The notes under the pieces were generated by a model, which did no database searches, was not told the DNA's origin, and was given only the letters and a program-made list of their open reading frames with translations. Shown here one piece after another: positions 1-13,233 of a stretch of DNA of 64,000 bases. The DNA comes from Kudoa neothunni. Taxonomy: Eukaryota; Animalia; Cnidaria. Each line of letters starts with the position of its first letter. Positions within the stretch are counted from its first letter, which is position 1. The DNA lies in assembly GCA_964304625.1 (NCBI GenBank), contig OZ199839.1, positions 4,715,376 to 4,779,375 on the forward strand, written 5' to 3'. The position numbers were made by a program, and so were the translations under genes.

Positions 1-1156
1 TTCAAGTGGCGTGGGCAAGACTGCAACTGCAAAATTAGTAGCAAAATACGTATCTGGTGACAATAAAAAAGTAAGTTGTATCAGTGGTGCCTACTAATGA
101 AAAATATTTAGGGTTTTATTCGTTTGGATATGTCTGAGTATCAGGAAAAACACCAAGTGGCGAGAATGATTGGATCACCACCTGGTTACATCGGTTATGA
201 AGAGGGAGGACAACTTACCAAAATGTTGAAACAATCTCCGAATTCAGTGGTTCTATTTGATGAAGTATCAGTTCATTGTCTTTTCCTGGTCTAAATATTT
301 TCACACTAGATTGAAAAAGCTCATCCCGATGTTCTTACTATTTTACTTCAACTTTTTGATGAAGTAACCTGTGAACTTAAATGAATATCTGTTTGATAAA
401 TATACAGGGAAGAATTACTGATTCCAAAGGCGAAACGATTGATGCATCAAACGCAATTTTTATAATGACATCAAATTTGGGAAGTGAAGTTATTCGAGAA
501 TATGCAACAGAACTAAGAAAGAATCAAAAACTCTCTCCCAATGATAACGATACTATATCATTTTCTCGCGATTTCAAGAACACTTATATTTATCCAATTT
601 TAAAAGTACAAACAAAAATATAATAGTTAGAATAAACTGTTTACCTAGAGAAATTTAAAAAGGGACGAATTTCTAGGTAGAATTAATGAGGTAGTGTATT
701 TTTTGCCCTTTTCCACATATGAATTGAAAAAACTTGCTGCACTACAATTAGATAAAGCCACTTATCAAGTTGAATATTTTGTTGAAAAATTTTGTAGTAG
801 ATATTTCTAGATAAAAAAGAAACACAATATCGAACTTAGCTACACAGACGATGTGCTAGATGTTATAATCAGTGGATTCGACCCAATCTATGGGGCTCGT
901 TCTATACAAAATCAAGTAAAAATGTTATCACTTAATTTATTTATTTTTATTTCGTAAAATAAAGGTGGAGGTTGTTTTACTCAGTCCACTAGCAAATATG
1001 TTCATTCATGGCCAGTTAGACCACGTCGAAAAAATCATTGTAAGCAAACAAAACGGTGATGATAACAACTCGTTATCTATCGAGACTCTGTACACCGATA
1101 ATTCACAAACTACATCGAACACCATAACCTCAAAGATAACGTCAATATTTTCTTAA
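1..1156 (+). CDS. CLPB: CLPB/Skd3 mitochondrial AAA+ disaggregase, 3' part (5' end outside window; 7 exons in window)
   Basis: Manual splicing across roughly 40-50-nt GT-AG introns gives SSGVGKT (Walker A), [42 protein letters not shown]|[18 protein letters not shown]|[22 protein letters not shown] and YGARSI, with stop TAA at 1154-1156. These match the metazoan CLPB/Skd3 NBD. Confidence 0.93.
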
Positions 1157-1639
1157 TTTTGATGGTTTACATTTACATTGTTAATTTTATTATGCCTGAA
1201 ACTTTTCCGAAATTTAAAATAGCACGTGTATATAGTTTCGGTTTTCAATCAATAAAATATTGCTAAAGAAAATAATACTTGAATTTTTATATTGTACTTA
1301 TTTATTGGTACACAATTAATTATCTGAATATTGGTAAGTAACTCAGGGCGGCTTTTAACAAATTTCCTACCATTTTTACGGAAATATAATTTGTTGGCGT
1401 TCATAGTATGATACAGTATTTCAAGTAGATGAGAACGTGCCTCATCGAGATACTGTTTTAACCCTCCCCTCCCTATCTGGAGTGGGATCCGCATGGAACC
1501 AAATCCGACTAATTTGAACCCCGTTTTGGATGGATAAATTCAAAACATCCATAAATTTCTGAATTCCTCTAAAAATTTAAAAATCATAGATCGATGTAAA
1601 AGTATTACATTTAAAAAAATTAATATTAACTAATATTAA

Positions 1640-2984
1640 CCCCCCGGGACCAAGCGGGGTCTATCGTGACCCCATTTTCGATAAATCATATTTTTGAATG
1701 AAGGCCTCATAGGCTTCAGTATAAAATTCACGTAATTTTAGAAAATATATTAATATATTAAATAAACTCTAATTTTTGAAGAATATTAGAATCTGTCCTA
1801 GAAAAAATGCTTGTATAATTGAACACGTGTTCTCCATACGTCCTCATACTTCATGCTATAACTTCATATTAAAATTATTAATAGATAAAAATAAACAACT
1901 ACAAATTATCGCAATGAGTATATATTAAACGTTCAATAAAGGTACAAATTGTATGTTTTCCTTTTTCCTATCGAAGGATTACGATGACGTCATAAGGTTA
2001 AATTAAGATTTATCGGCTATATGTATTTTAAACGGTGGGGATAAATAAAGTATATTATTTCATTTTAGATGATTAATTTAAGAATAAATTTATATTTAGG
2101 AATGTCTTTTGATACCGATATCAATAATTTGGGGCTAAATTACAGTATACGTGTATCAACTTCGAGGGGAGCACTGTAACTTATTGGTAAATATTTGCGC
2201 CAGACTTACAAGGGTCATTATCATTTGCATTTAAAATATAGTGTAGAACTATTTGATAAATGTATTGATATCGGCGAAACGCCTAATTCACAGAATTTAT
2301 TGATCCACGGAAAAAATCATGATACGCATTTTGTTAACGAAACATTAATCAAAAAACTAATATACGATGCTATATCTACAAGAAACCTATTTTCTCGTCG
2401 CACAGATTCAAAAAAAAATTTTTTTTAACGCCAGCCATGTAGTGTAGAAACTGAGTGATGTTATCTTTGACAAAAACTTCCTTTATCTTTAGGAAACTCC
2501 GGAATTAATGTGATTTATTCTTAAATAAATCTATGTTAATTTTTCATACTTAATTAATTTATTTATTTTGGATGTATAGACATACTCAAACATTTACAAC
2601 TATGATCCGTACTTAACCTTACTTTCAATTTTGTGATAAACGACTTTTCCCGAAAATCATGCCTGATGCCTTTTAGGGTCGCTTATGTTCATTTCTTTTC
2701 TATATTCGATTGAACCACATTATTTTATCTCCAGAAACTTTCAACAATGTGAATACAATAAAACATATATTTGAAACCTAGAATAACAAGCGTTCTAACG
2801 TAGATGTTTATAATATTTAATCGAAGAATTAATTACATTTTTCTCAGCTTTATTCCCTTTAAAGCGAACTTCTAATCGGTTAATATAGCTGTGTGGTGAG
2901 TAATAATTACAAGAATAACTTTTGGGGTCAAAAATGACCCCCATGGGCACATACTGAATTTTTCGACTCGCGGCCCTTTGATGG
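1640..2984. mobile_element. Non-autonomous piggyBac-type element with no transposase and an apparent passenger sequence
   Basis: Flanked by TTAA at 1636-1639 and 2985-2988. Subterminal palindromes GGGGTC-N5-TGACCCC sit at both ends (about 1656 and 2924). The right-end layout (palindrome, GGGCACA, spacer, end) matches the 15301-17717 element. The terminal TIRs are degenerate. Confidence 0.6.
2100..2875 (+). pseudogene. Putative decayed spliced passenger gene: one ~100-codon exon plus a run of micro-exons
   Basis: Frame 2102-2396 has one internal TAA. Six candidate micro-exons (2493-2509, 2580-2608, 2677-2686, 2735-2748, 2782-2799, 2848-2875) are bounded by GT..YAG introns of 33-70 nt and join to NSGINTYSNIYNYDPVAYKLSTIITSVLTFIPFKANF*. 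Confidence 0.4.
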
Positions 2985-3430
2985 TTAATAGTTTTTGTGC
3001 CTTCATAGACAAAAGTAATGTTTCGACTTTAAAGAGAACACATATATACCGAGAAAATATATTTTTCTATTATACTTGAAAGTTTAGAAACTGAAGATGT
3101 AATATTTAGTTGAGTAAACGGTGATTCTTAGTATATCATAGAATTTCATCGGTGATTACCGAGTCTTAATCAAAAAATAACTTTTCTTATTTTTGGATTT
3201 ACTGTTCGTTATTATAAGCTTTCCACTAGAATTATGTCAGTAGTTTCTCTGTAAAACTTTTAATTTTAATGATTTTTACAGAGAATCAATAATGTAATTT
3301 AGAAATCGTGGGATTTTCGGTCGTTTCACTTAACTGTATAATTATGAAAACCTACTGCTGATATTATTAAATTTATATGATAAAATTTTTTAAAACAAAC
3401 GAATACAGGGAAAATTAAAGATTACTGTAA

Positions 3431-4026
3431 TGGTTGGTTGGTTGGTTGGTTAGATAAGGGATGTGACCAAAGCTAACGTATGGAACGATCAGCACCAAAG
3501 CGGTACGGCGCCACCGCCTTTTAAGCTATGGCTCTCGGGTTCAAACCCCGCCCACGACTGTTCATTACAATTACATAACAGAAATAATGCGGCATATCTA
3601 ACTAATGTTTTCAAATATCAAATTTCGAGAGTTAATTTTAACGTTACCTTTTATATACACTTTAAAAATTACGTTAAATTACTCATTAAATCCAAGACAT
3701 CTTTATTATATTTAATCCTTTCATTGTTAAATTGTTGTTTCCGGTCTTATACTATAACGCTGCCGCTGTTATTATCCACTAGAATCTATTTTACTTGCGA
3801 TTTCCTCTTTGAATGTTGTTTTCAGTTTCGAAACCACTTCATTCTCAGATGAAATATATTCAGTTTTAATTTTTGTACCATTAAATTCTTCCTTAATTTT
3901 AAATAGCCTATATTGGTACATTATGGGACCCTGTTTTGTAGCCTATGAATGCCTCATAATTAATTTAGTTTCCTATGCAAAATATCTAATAAATAGTTGA
4001 AAAATTCTTTAAAGTATGTCACAAAT
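3431..4026 (-). mobile_element. Probable 5'-truncated non-LTR retrotransposon fragment with (AACC)n tail
   Basis: (GGTT)n at 3431-3452 would be the 3' tail on the minus strand. A stop-interrupted minus-strand frame lies at about 3700-4000. The candidate 19-bp TSD aaattaaagattactgtaa (3412-3430) / aaattaaaggtcattacaa (4027-4045) is 14/19 identical. No RT motif was seen. Confidence 0.35.
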
Positions 4027-5347
4027 AAATTAAAGGTCATTACAACAAATTTTTCTGCGGCCCGGACGGACCACATCGGAACACGCGTGATATTTTTTCG
4101 CCCAGAACAGGAACAGGGGAGATTAATGAAAAGTTTTTTTATACAAAAATATTAGGATTGAATTGTGAATGGCTTAACGCTTTAGATAATACTGAGGAAA
4201 ATAACTCCTCGTATGATTACAATAATTTTCGTAATGGTTATTGGTAATCTCATTTAGATGTACCTTTATTGCATCAAAAAGTCTACCTTAAGATAATGGG
4301 TTTTTATTTCCAACATTGGTTTGTAACTGATTGAAAGGGTCATCTTTCGGACTGAGAAAGAGTTAGTATGCTTTTGATATTGAAATGTTATCTCATATTG
4401 AGGACTGATTTCCCAAAGATTCTCCGCATAGACAGAGAAAATCTATAATCATCGATATAGAGCAGTGTTTCCCTACAGGAGATACGGGAGTCTTAGAATA
4501 AATTTAAAATAAATCTTAATGTATTTACTGTGTAATTTTCATTAATCTCAATTTAAATAATGTAACGACGTAATGCGTCTTATGTGTACTAATAGAGTCC
4601 CAGTCACTTTTAAATCCTGTCAACAACCTTAAAAACAGGTTCTTGTGTGAAAATGTAAATTTAATTTATCTGAGTAATTAGTTTACAACATAATCAAAAT
4701 ATTTCATTTAATTTCTTTAAGGTCAAATTTAATCCACGTCCTCTTTAATATCTATTCAACCAACAAATTTTTTCACACATTTGAAGAGGCTCTTATCATG
4801 TTAAGCGGAGTAGAATATAAAAACCTGTTTCTACGATTTTCGACGAAAAAAATATGAGGACTTACCCAGTCTTAAATACATAGGAAACCGAAATGTACAT
4901 GGAGTCTGGATATTGCGTAATTATTTAGGGAAGCGAGAAAAAATACTCAAAATATCATATATATAAATTATTGATGCCAAATACAAACGTTGACATAATT
5001 TAATTGGATTAGTCCGTAACTTGGCATTTTCATATCGCTTACAAATAATTCTTGTGTAAAATCCATATATAGACATTTAAAAAAAAACTTAGTATTTGCC
5101 GAATAAATAATTATTTATTAAACTTATCAATTGTATAACCATGAAGTTGGGAAATGTTCACCACATTTTGAAAAATGTGCACCTTCAGTTTCTTGAGAAT
5201 TGCCCCTTTTTTACAACAACAACAACTTGATAATTCCTCGTATATTTTTTCTTGATCGTCAATTTTGTGAGTTTCATTAAATTTTGACGCTGAAAGTATC
5301 TAAATCATTATTTTCTAGCTTGATAGACTCCCGATTACTTCAGTTAA

Positions 5348-7589
5348 CCCATAGCGGGTTTTCGTTGCTTTTTCGGCACTGGCATATAACCGCCATACAA
5401 ACATTCATTGTTTTTAAAATTTTATTATTTTTTTAATATCAATTAATGAATTCATTTTTAATTTATTACTACAGTATAATTATAGTTAATAATGTATTTG
5501 TAAAGATATGATAATAAATAGCTCATACCATGTGCTTAGGTCATAATGCAACGAAAAATTTATGATATTAGTCTCTTTGAAGAGTATTTTTGTAAATTTA
5601 GAAAAATTATATTTAGTTTTATGATATAAACTCAATTTAAGAATTACAGACTTATCTAAGATAAGTTATAACGGAAGTAATGCGAGGCCGAAAAAGCAAC
5701 GAAGAACGACCAGCATGCCATGCTAAATCCTAATAATCCCACATTTGTTATTTGATCGACGCAGTTGATGAAATTAGTTGCATCGATATTGTAACGTTAC
5801 CTCCTGAAACGGTCGATATTTTAACGGACGAAGAAGAAAGTTTTGTCAGCCTAGATTCAGACAATGTTGACATCAGGAATGTCCCCGAAGTTTGCGGGGA
5901 AGTTGAGATATTTTCAACATTAGATGATGGTCAAACTGCTGAGAACTCCATAGCTAAGTGGGAAAAAATTCTTCATTCATCAACTTTATCAACCGATGTG
6001 GAAATTAATGTTTTTTCACAAAACAAAAATGAATTGCCAACAAACGTTTCGCTCGAAAAATACGATTCACTCGAAGCATTTTATGAATTTTTCGATGAAA
6101 GTTTATTGATGCACATTGTTAAACAAAGTAATCTGTATGCTTGCCAGAAGAATGACCATTCTTTCCATTTATCGTTAAAGGAACTAAAATCATTCGTTGG
6201 TATTTTGCTACTGTCTGGATACAATAAATTATCCCAACAACATATGTATTGGGAATCTGCAATGGATTCTGGAGTTGATATAATCAGAAAATGTATGTCC
6301 TATAAACGCTTCAAGACTATAAAATCATATATTCAATTTAATGATAACGCCAGTTTAGATCCTGAAGATAAGCTTTTCAAACTTACACCAATAATAAAAA
6401 AACTGAACGAACGCAAATTTTAAGAAATTTGGTATTTTCCATAATAACGTTTGTGTTGATGAACAGATGGTTCCGTATACCGGTCACCACTCATGAAAAA
6501 TGTTTATGAGAGGAAAGCCAATTCGGTTTGGTTTTAAGTAATGGATGTTTATATAGGCAAGCCAGCGAAATATGCTAAATATTTTGGCCTCGGAGGCAGT
6601 GATGTGCTGAATTTTGCGAACAATCTTAAGGATAAACCAAACGCTTATATTTATATGGACAATTTTTTCACATCCTATAAATTGTTCGTTAAACTGAAGA
6701 AAAGATCTCTCAAAACAACTGACACCGTGAGAAACAATCGTACTTCCAAATTCCCGCTTACAACAAATAAAGTGATGGAAAAAATCGAGAGGTTTCTTCG
6801 AAATATTTAAGGATAAAGAATTTGGCATTAATTGTCTATATTGGAGAGACACAAAACCTGTAGCTCTAATGAGTAATGCACTAAATGCCGAACCTGTCCA
6901 ACAGATCCGACGATATTTTCAATCTAAAAAAAGATACGACAACGTTCCTCAACCTTACATATGTTATATGTATAATAAATACATGGGAGGAGTCGATGTC
7001 GTCGATGCTTCAGTTTCATGTTACAGAGTAAATATAAAATCTAAAAAATGGTACTGGCCCCTGTTTACCAATATTTTATCCCTGGCTGTGGTTAACTCAT
7101 AAATTGGTTACCTATACAAATGATGAAAAAATAAAATTGTTAAACCATATTCGAAATATCGTAACATGTTTAATTAGCATTAGTGACCATGAAAAACTTA
7201 CCACAACATCGTCCCTATCCAAACTCCAAGCGTCATCATTGTGCAAAAAAGAAACGTAGATGTATAGTTTGTAAAAAACTACAATACATTTATGTACGAA
7301 TTGCCAATGTTATATGCATATAAAATGTTCAAGAAAATTTCATAAGGCATAATTATTTACAATTATTTCATTTTAAACCAGCTGTTTTTTGTATACCGCA
7401 AACACAAATCTGCTATTGGAAAATCGCACGTCGGTAGTTTTTCGCTGCTTTTTCGGCCAATTACTAATTCAATTGTAATTCATTAAATATTTAATATTTC
7501 AAAAATCTATTACACCAGTGTTAATTATTAATGATTTAATACATATATATAAATTATAAATAAAATCTAAACATTGGACCCGTTATGGG
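5348..7589 (+). mobile_element. piggyBac transposon (PGBD3-like), full length, transposase disrupted
   Basis: TTAA TSDs at 5344-5347 and 7590-7593. 12-bp TIRs CCCATAGCGGGT/CCCATAACGGGT. Internal repeat TTCG(T/C)TGCTTTTTCGGC occurs at about 5361, 7441 and inverted at about 5687. Transposase motifs VDEQM, MDNFF, GGVDVVD, KKWYWP and a Cys-rich C-terminus, with frameshifts and stops. Confidence 0.93.
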
Positions 7590-9052
7590 TTAATCTCTAA
7601 TTCCTTCCTAATTACCCGATAACTTGTAAATTCAATATATATGTAACGTTTAATTTCGATAACCAAAAATGAGGTTTTCTTTGATATTAGTAATTGATCA
7701 ACAATGATTTACTTCCCGAAACATTTTTAAGTGCTCATGTTCCCTAAAGGTGTACATTTCGTAAAGTTTGATGAATTTTCCATAGTGTTGATTTTTTAGT
7801 AAATCTTTCTTATCTAGCGTTATAAACAATGACTACAACATGATTAATAGAATCAGAGCATTTATAGTGTTTTTTGGAAAAGCCCCTGTCCGATGGGTTA
7901 GAATTTTTTCAGATTTCGTAGTAAGGTAAAAAATCGATATACTAAAACAAGGACATTATTGATTTTGTCTGTCAAGTATCCTATTGAGACATTTCAATAA
8001 ACTATAAAATTTGTCAAAACTTTTTAGATATTGGCCTTATTCAAGTGGAACCGATGTCAACCCATTCTCTTATAAATCCTGGGTTGTTGATACATCCCAA
8101 TAATTATCAGTTAAACCTTTTCTCCTGATAATGATCTAGATCAAAGACTGATTTTTGTTGTTGGATTATTCTATTTATTTAAAATTCAACTTTTTTAAGT
8201 ATTTGAACATCTAAAATAGTCAAATTTAGGTTTTTATGTTTCAGCCGTCATACCATGCTTGAATTTAGGAATTTTTTAAAAACTCAAAAATTCTTCGATC
8301 TTTTACATTCCCGAATTCCCTGTAATTTTATACAAAGAACGAAAACGTCTTTTAAATTCAACTCCCAATTTTCTTATGTTCTAAATTTTTCGGTGACTAG
8401 GTAACAAAAAACGATTTTCTTTTATTTGCACATTTTAGATAACCATGTTAGATGAAATCATCTAAATCGAAAAAATACCTTCTGATGAGTTACTCAATTT
8501 TGAGATGTTTTTACTGATCAAACCTTATCTCGGAGAATGACCCAAATATATATTACATGGGTTAGTCAAAATGGCATTACTTTAATATCTCGCAACGTCT
8601 AATCGCGTTTGCCCCAATAAAAAGCTTAATTTTGTTATTACAAAATCTTTTTTTATAAGCGATTAAGATATAATTTCTCCCCATATTAATAAATGGAATT
8701 TAGAATTTGGATAAATTTGTGAAAACGCATAGAAAAATTGTTACACTGTAATGAGGGTTAAGTTATCCAAATATTTGGATTATTTTGTCTTTATCAAGTT
8801 TAAACAGTATTGAATTGTCTGTTGTAATTTTTTTAATTAATAGATACGTAAAGTAAACATATATCCAAGCTGTTTGCAAAATTACAGTATCCAGCACCGG
8901 CTGCAAACCACAAAATAAATTAATTGATTCTGTCCAACAAAAGTTATTTTTATCTCTCTCCTTAATTGCTGAAAAGCGCAATAGATAATCGAGAAATAGA
9001 TTAAAATCCAAATAAATATGGAATATACACATTTAACATCAAAGTAAATATT

Positions 9053-11309
9053 CTACAAACCGAGTTGTGATGCAAAGTCGTTTAAATTTTGTATTTTTCT
9101 ATTTTTAAACAATTTGTTGGTCTAAATACAAATATTACAATATATTATATAGGAATTATTAGATAATTCACCTTATTTAAAACTGAAACAAGTTTCAAAA
9201 ACTGATTTTCCCCAAGTGACAATGCCGTATTTTTCTTGCTGAAAGGTTCTATGTAAATGTTAAAAACTATTACGAAGAATACGTCAGTAGTGGTACCAAT
9301 AATTCGTATGGGGCGATAAGGTTGATTTGAGAACCAATTCAAATTTCTGCTCACCAACGAACTCGTGGCAATATCGATATCGTAATCACTCCACCTAAAT
9401 GCAATTTCGGTCAACAACTAAAAAATTCAAAGAGAAAAATAATTTACTTGAAATTATCGTAATATTCAATAAACTGTTTAAACAAGTCGCCAATAGGTTC
9501 AACATTTATCTTACTGTAAAGAATGTTAACTCGACTGACAGATGCATATAAAGCTAACTACTTGTTATGATCACTGATAATACGGTTGAGCGTAGAAGAC
9601 AATATCTTGTCAATATTAAACGTACCCTGAATTATACTCAAACAAGCTAAACTAATAATTATTTTACTGGGTAGAGTTTATGAAGGTTCGGCAAAACAGG
9701 AGGGCTGGCCACATCTAAATCGATTTTTAATTAATAAATGCTGTGTACAGTTAAGACGTGAGAATACTTTGCAGAAAAAATAAAACCAACAAACTAAACG
9801 AATAACTGGAAAGATATCCGTGGAAAGCATCTGTAACTCCACAAAGGGAAGCCCAATATTTGGTGACAATTATCATTTCACGAAATCGCGGATCAACTGG
9901 TTCAATCAACAAAAGTAAGCAAAATAACGTAATACTTTTCACATAAGTCTTTAAAAGTTCAGTGTTCGCTGGAGCCTAAGCCAAAATTCGTTAGAACCTC
10001 GAAAAAACCAATAAAATTTTACCACAATACATCCAGTACTGATGTCACAACTTATTCCACTAGATCCAACATTGATAATTAAAATCAATGACAATATACA
10101 ATTACATGCGTCGATGTTCAAACTTAAGAATAGGAACTTTAGCAGGTATTAACCTTGGTCGAGATCCTAAAGATAACAGCTCAAAAATAGAGCAAAGATT
10201 ATTTATTAATAGATTCGTTTTTAAGAGATTACAAAACCATCGATACACATATATTGGCCGAAAAAACACCATTTTAAAAATGATCAAATGTTAAAAAATA
10301 AAACATACCGATTATAGGAATTAGAAGTTTTTGAATGCTTCTAAGGATAGTCATCATTCGATATTTGTAAGGTAATGCTAACTCTTTAGAATTCTAAAAA
10401 GAATATAAGCGCAACGAAATAAGATCAAAGTTTTACATTGTAAGAAGTTTTAGTGTTAACTATACAAAAATCACAATCACTGCTTACAGACCAACAGCCA
10501 GTTGCATTGCTTCCAGTTATAAATACGGTGTAACCTAAACAGTTTATCCAACTTTTTATGAAGGGTAAAATATAAACCTTCGTATCTTGCCTTAACCAGA
10601 TTTTCGATTTGATTTCTAAAATCTTCAAGTTGGCGCAATTTTGAAGGTGGCCTGTCAATCTTCTTGATATAGCTATGGATTGAAGCAGAAAACTGGAAGA
10701 GTAAATTAGTTTTAGTGAATTTCGGGGACTCTTACAGCATCATCGCTCTTCCTAGAACTGATTTCATACAAAAAAGAGTATTTTGGCAAAGCTGAACATT
10801 GGACTGATGGAACGTTCGTTTTGGTGGGTAGATTGTTAGAATTATCTTTCACCTCATTAATAAGAATGTTTTCGGATAAGATAATATTTCTTCCAACTCT
10901 TTTCTAAAGAAAAAATTATATTTAGATAACAAATATTATCTAAGGACCTTAGGTTTGGAGGGCTGCAACAAATGAGGAACTTCAATGAAGCTATCGGAAA
11001 AATTTATGTCGGGACCCGTTTTCCTTTTCTCAATAAGATGGCACGTAGTTGAAAGCATTTGTCGCAAAGCATACCCTTTTAGTGATACATTCAGATGTAA
11101 CGATTACAAAAATTTAAAAATAATTTATACAAACCTGGAGAAATTTGTACATTGTTTCCTTCGTTTATCTTATTGACAGTGTTATCGTTATTTTGGCAGT
11201 CATTCAAATCATAAGATTTGTTAGTATCTGTTTTAACTCCTTGGGAAACAAGTGAACTTTTCGATGGGGAAGATAAGTCACACAATTTTGCGTTTTTACT
11301 AAAAACCAT
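9053..11309 (-). CDS. GLD2: GLD-2/TENT2-like non-canonical poly(A) polymerase (Pol-beta NTase plus PAP-associated domain), about 16 exons; possible extra 3' exon to 8763
   Basis: The spliced frame is stop-free with consistent intron phases: YTVFITGSNATGCWSVSSDCDFCIV (GS and DxD), PRLIPAKVPILKF, GISCDIS (third Asp), ANTELLKTY, KYWASLCGVTDAFHGYLSSYSFSLLVLFFLQ, PPVLPNL, IGDLFKQFIEYYDNF, IIEPFSKKNTA. The nucleotide-recognition motif lacks the TUTase His, as in GLD-2. Exact orthology is untested. Confidence 0.85.
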
Positions 11310-13233
11310 AGATAACGAAACACACTGTAAATAGTTCCGCAAAAAAAGCTCAACATGAACAACTAGTAGACATAATTAACAAAATTTTAATACGTTTCGA
11401 TCGAGGCGTTTAAATCAACAAATTTAATGTATTTACTTTAAATCGTGACTATTTTTCTCGGTTCTCATAAAATTATTGAACGTCTTACCAATAACTGGAA
11501 ATTTCGATGTCGCGGTTCCTAATTTATACTCACAACAGCAAAAAATAAAAATATAAAACCATTTGATGGAGAATAGTCAGCAGTTGAGAGTTCCTATCAC
11601 AAATACATTTTAATATCACTATCATTCATAACAGTCCTACTTTTTCTAAAATGGTGTAACAAAAAGTTTAATCAATTTAAAATTTACTTTTTGAAATGGT
11701 TTGTTTTTTCTTATTCTAAAAAAATAAATTTATATTCGAGTAAAATTTTGGGGTGTATAAATTTGCTGATTGGAACCAAGAACATTCATTTCAACAATTA
11801 ATATAAGTACGTTATATTTCACCAGTTTTGGATTGCCGTATCGTTTCGCTGTACTATTACTCATTGCAACATATATATTTCGAATATTTCCAACTAACAA
11901 CTGACCACGGATAGGAACGTCAACGAACAATCCACCAAACCTAAGCATGCAAAAGAGTGGTCACGTGACTCCGTAGAGTGCAACCTCGGACTTCGACCAT
12001 AATCCGTTCTAGAAGTGTGTTCGAACTCCGAACCAATTTCTCCCATGTAAAATAATGAAAATTGGTTTAATCCGTAGCGCTCATAAAATAAATAACCATT
12101 TTTATTCTTCCTTATTAAAAAACAAACCATTACCCCTCGTGGTAATTAATGGTAAAGTATGTGACTCCAGAAAACACCATCTTGCGAAGGTTTTTTCTCG
12201 GTTTTTCTTTTACGATTATCAATAATAAATCAAAAAAATACCGAGTGCAAATATTGAGCTAAAATTAGTTACATCTAAATTTTTGCCTAATTCTTATTCG
12301 ACAATAGTCGGATACACATGTAATCTACATCGTTTTGCAATAAACACCTGAAAATAGCTTATTATTTGCATATATTATCCTGATTAATACATTATAACCA
12401 TTGTTTAAATTTTCTCAAGCTTGCATACCAAATTTAGCCTAGTAAACCTTCTAAATAAGCTTATCTAATATTAAGAAATAATGTGTCATCTATCATTATT
12501 TCTAAATGTCAAATTAACTTTTAAAGCATTTAGTCACCTCTATAATTGTTTATTTTAGTTTATAAATTTTTATTTGTACATTGTTTTTAGTGAAAAAGTT
12601 TGTATACACCAATTACTCGCGAAATTAGAACTGACAATAATTATATTAATCGTATATTGATATTCTTGGCTACAAAATTGAAGAATGACATTAATAAAAA
12701 ATATTTAAATACGTATTTAGTTTATTTAAAAATATTAAATTATAAAAATTTTAGAAATAATAAACCGTGCATTTTTTATTTCTTTATTTAACACAACTTA
12801 AAGTATTGAGTTAATTTATAATACTAATTTATTTTTTGTGTCAACATTATTCTAAACAGCAACTACTATGCTATGAACGCGCATTTGAAGTGTCATGCAA
12901 TATATTGGACTTATGACCAGTTGTATGAAAATTCATACGTTCAAATTTTCTTACTATTATTTTCCCCCAATTTTAATATCCCCGTGAATGGAACTATCAA
13001 ATGTATTCATTTTAAATAAATTTGAATTAACCTGATATATTTTTACTCCAAAAATTTATTATTTGCATATCTAATTTCCAATATAAAATTTCTAATTATA
13101 CGTCCTCTGACATTTATTACATTAAATATAACAAATAAAAATGCATTTATATAAAATGTGATAGACTTATTAATAACTACATTAGTATAGTATCAAAATT
13201 TTTGTTAATATATTATTTAAAAGTTGAAATTTT

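Noticed and set aside
3500-3560. GGTTCAAACCC B-box-like motif suggesting a tRNA or SINE
   Set aside because: No A-box or cloverleaf can be built, and it lies in the presumed 3' UTR of a minus-strand retroelement fragment.
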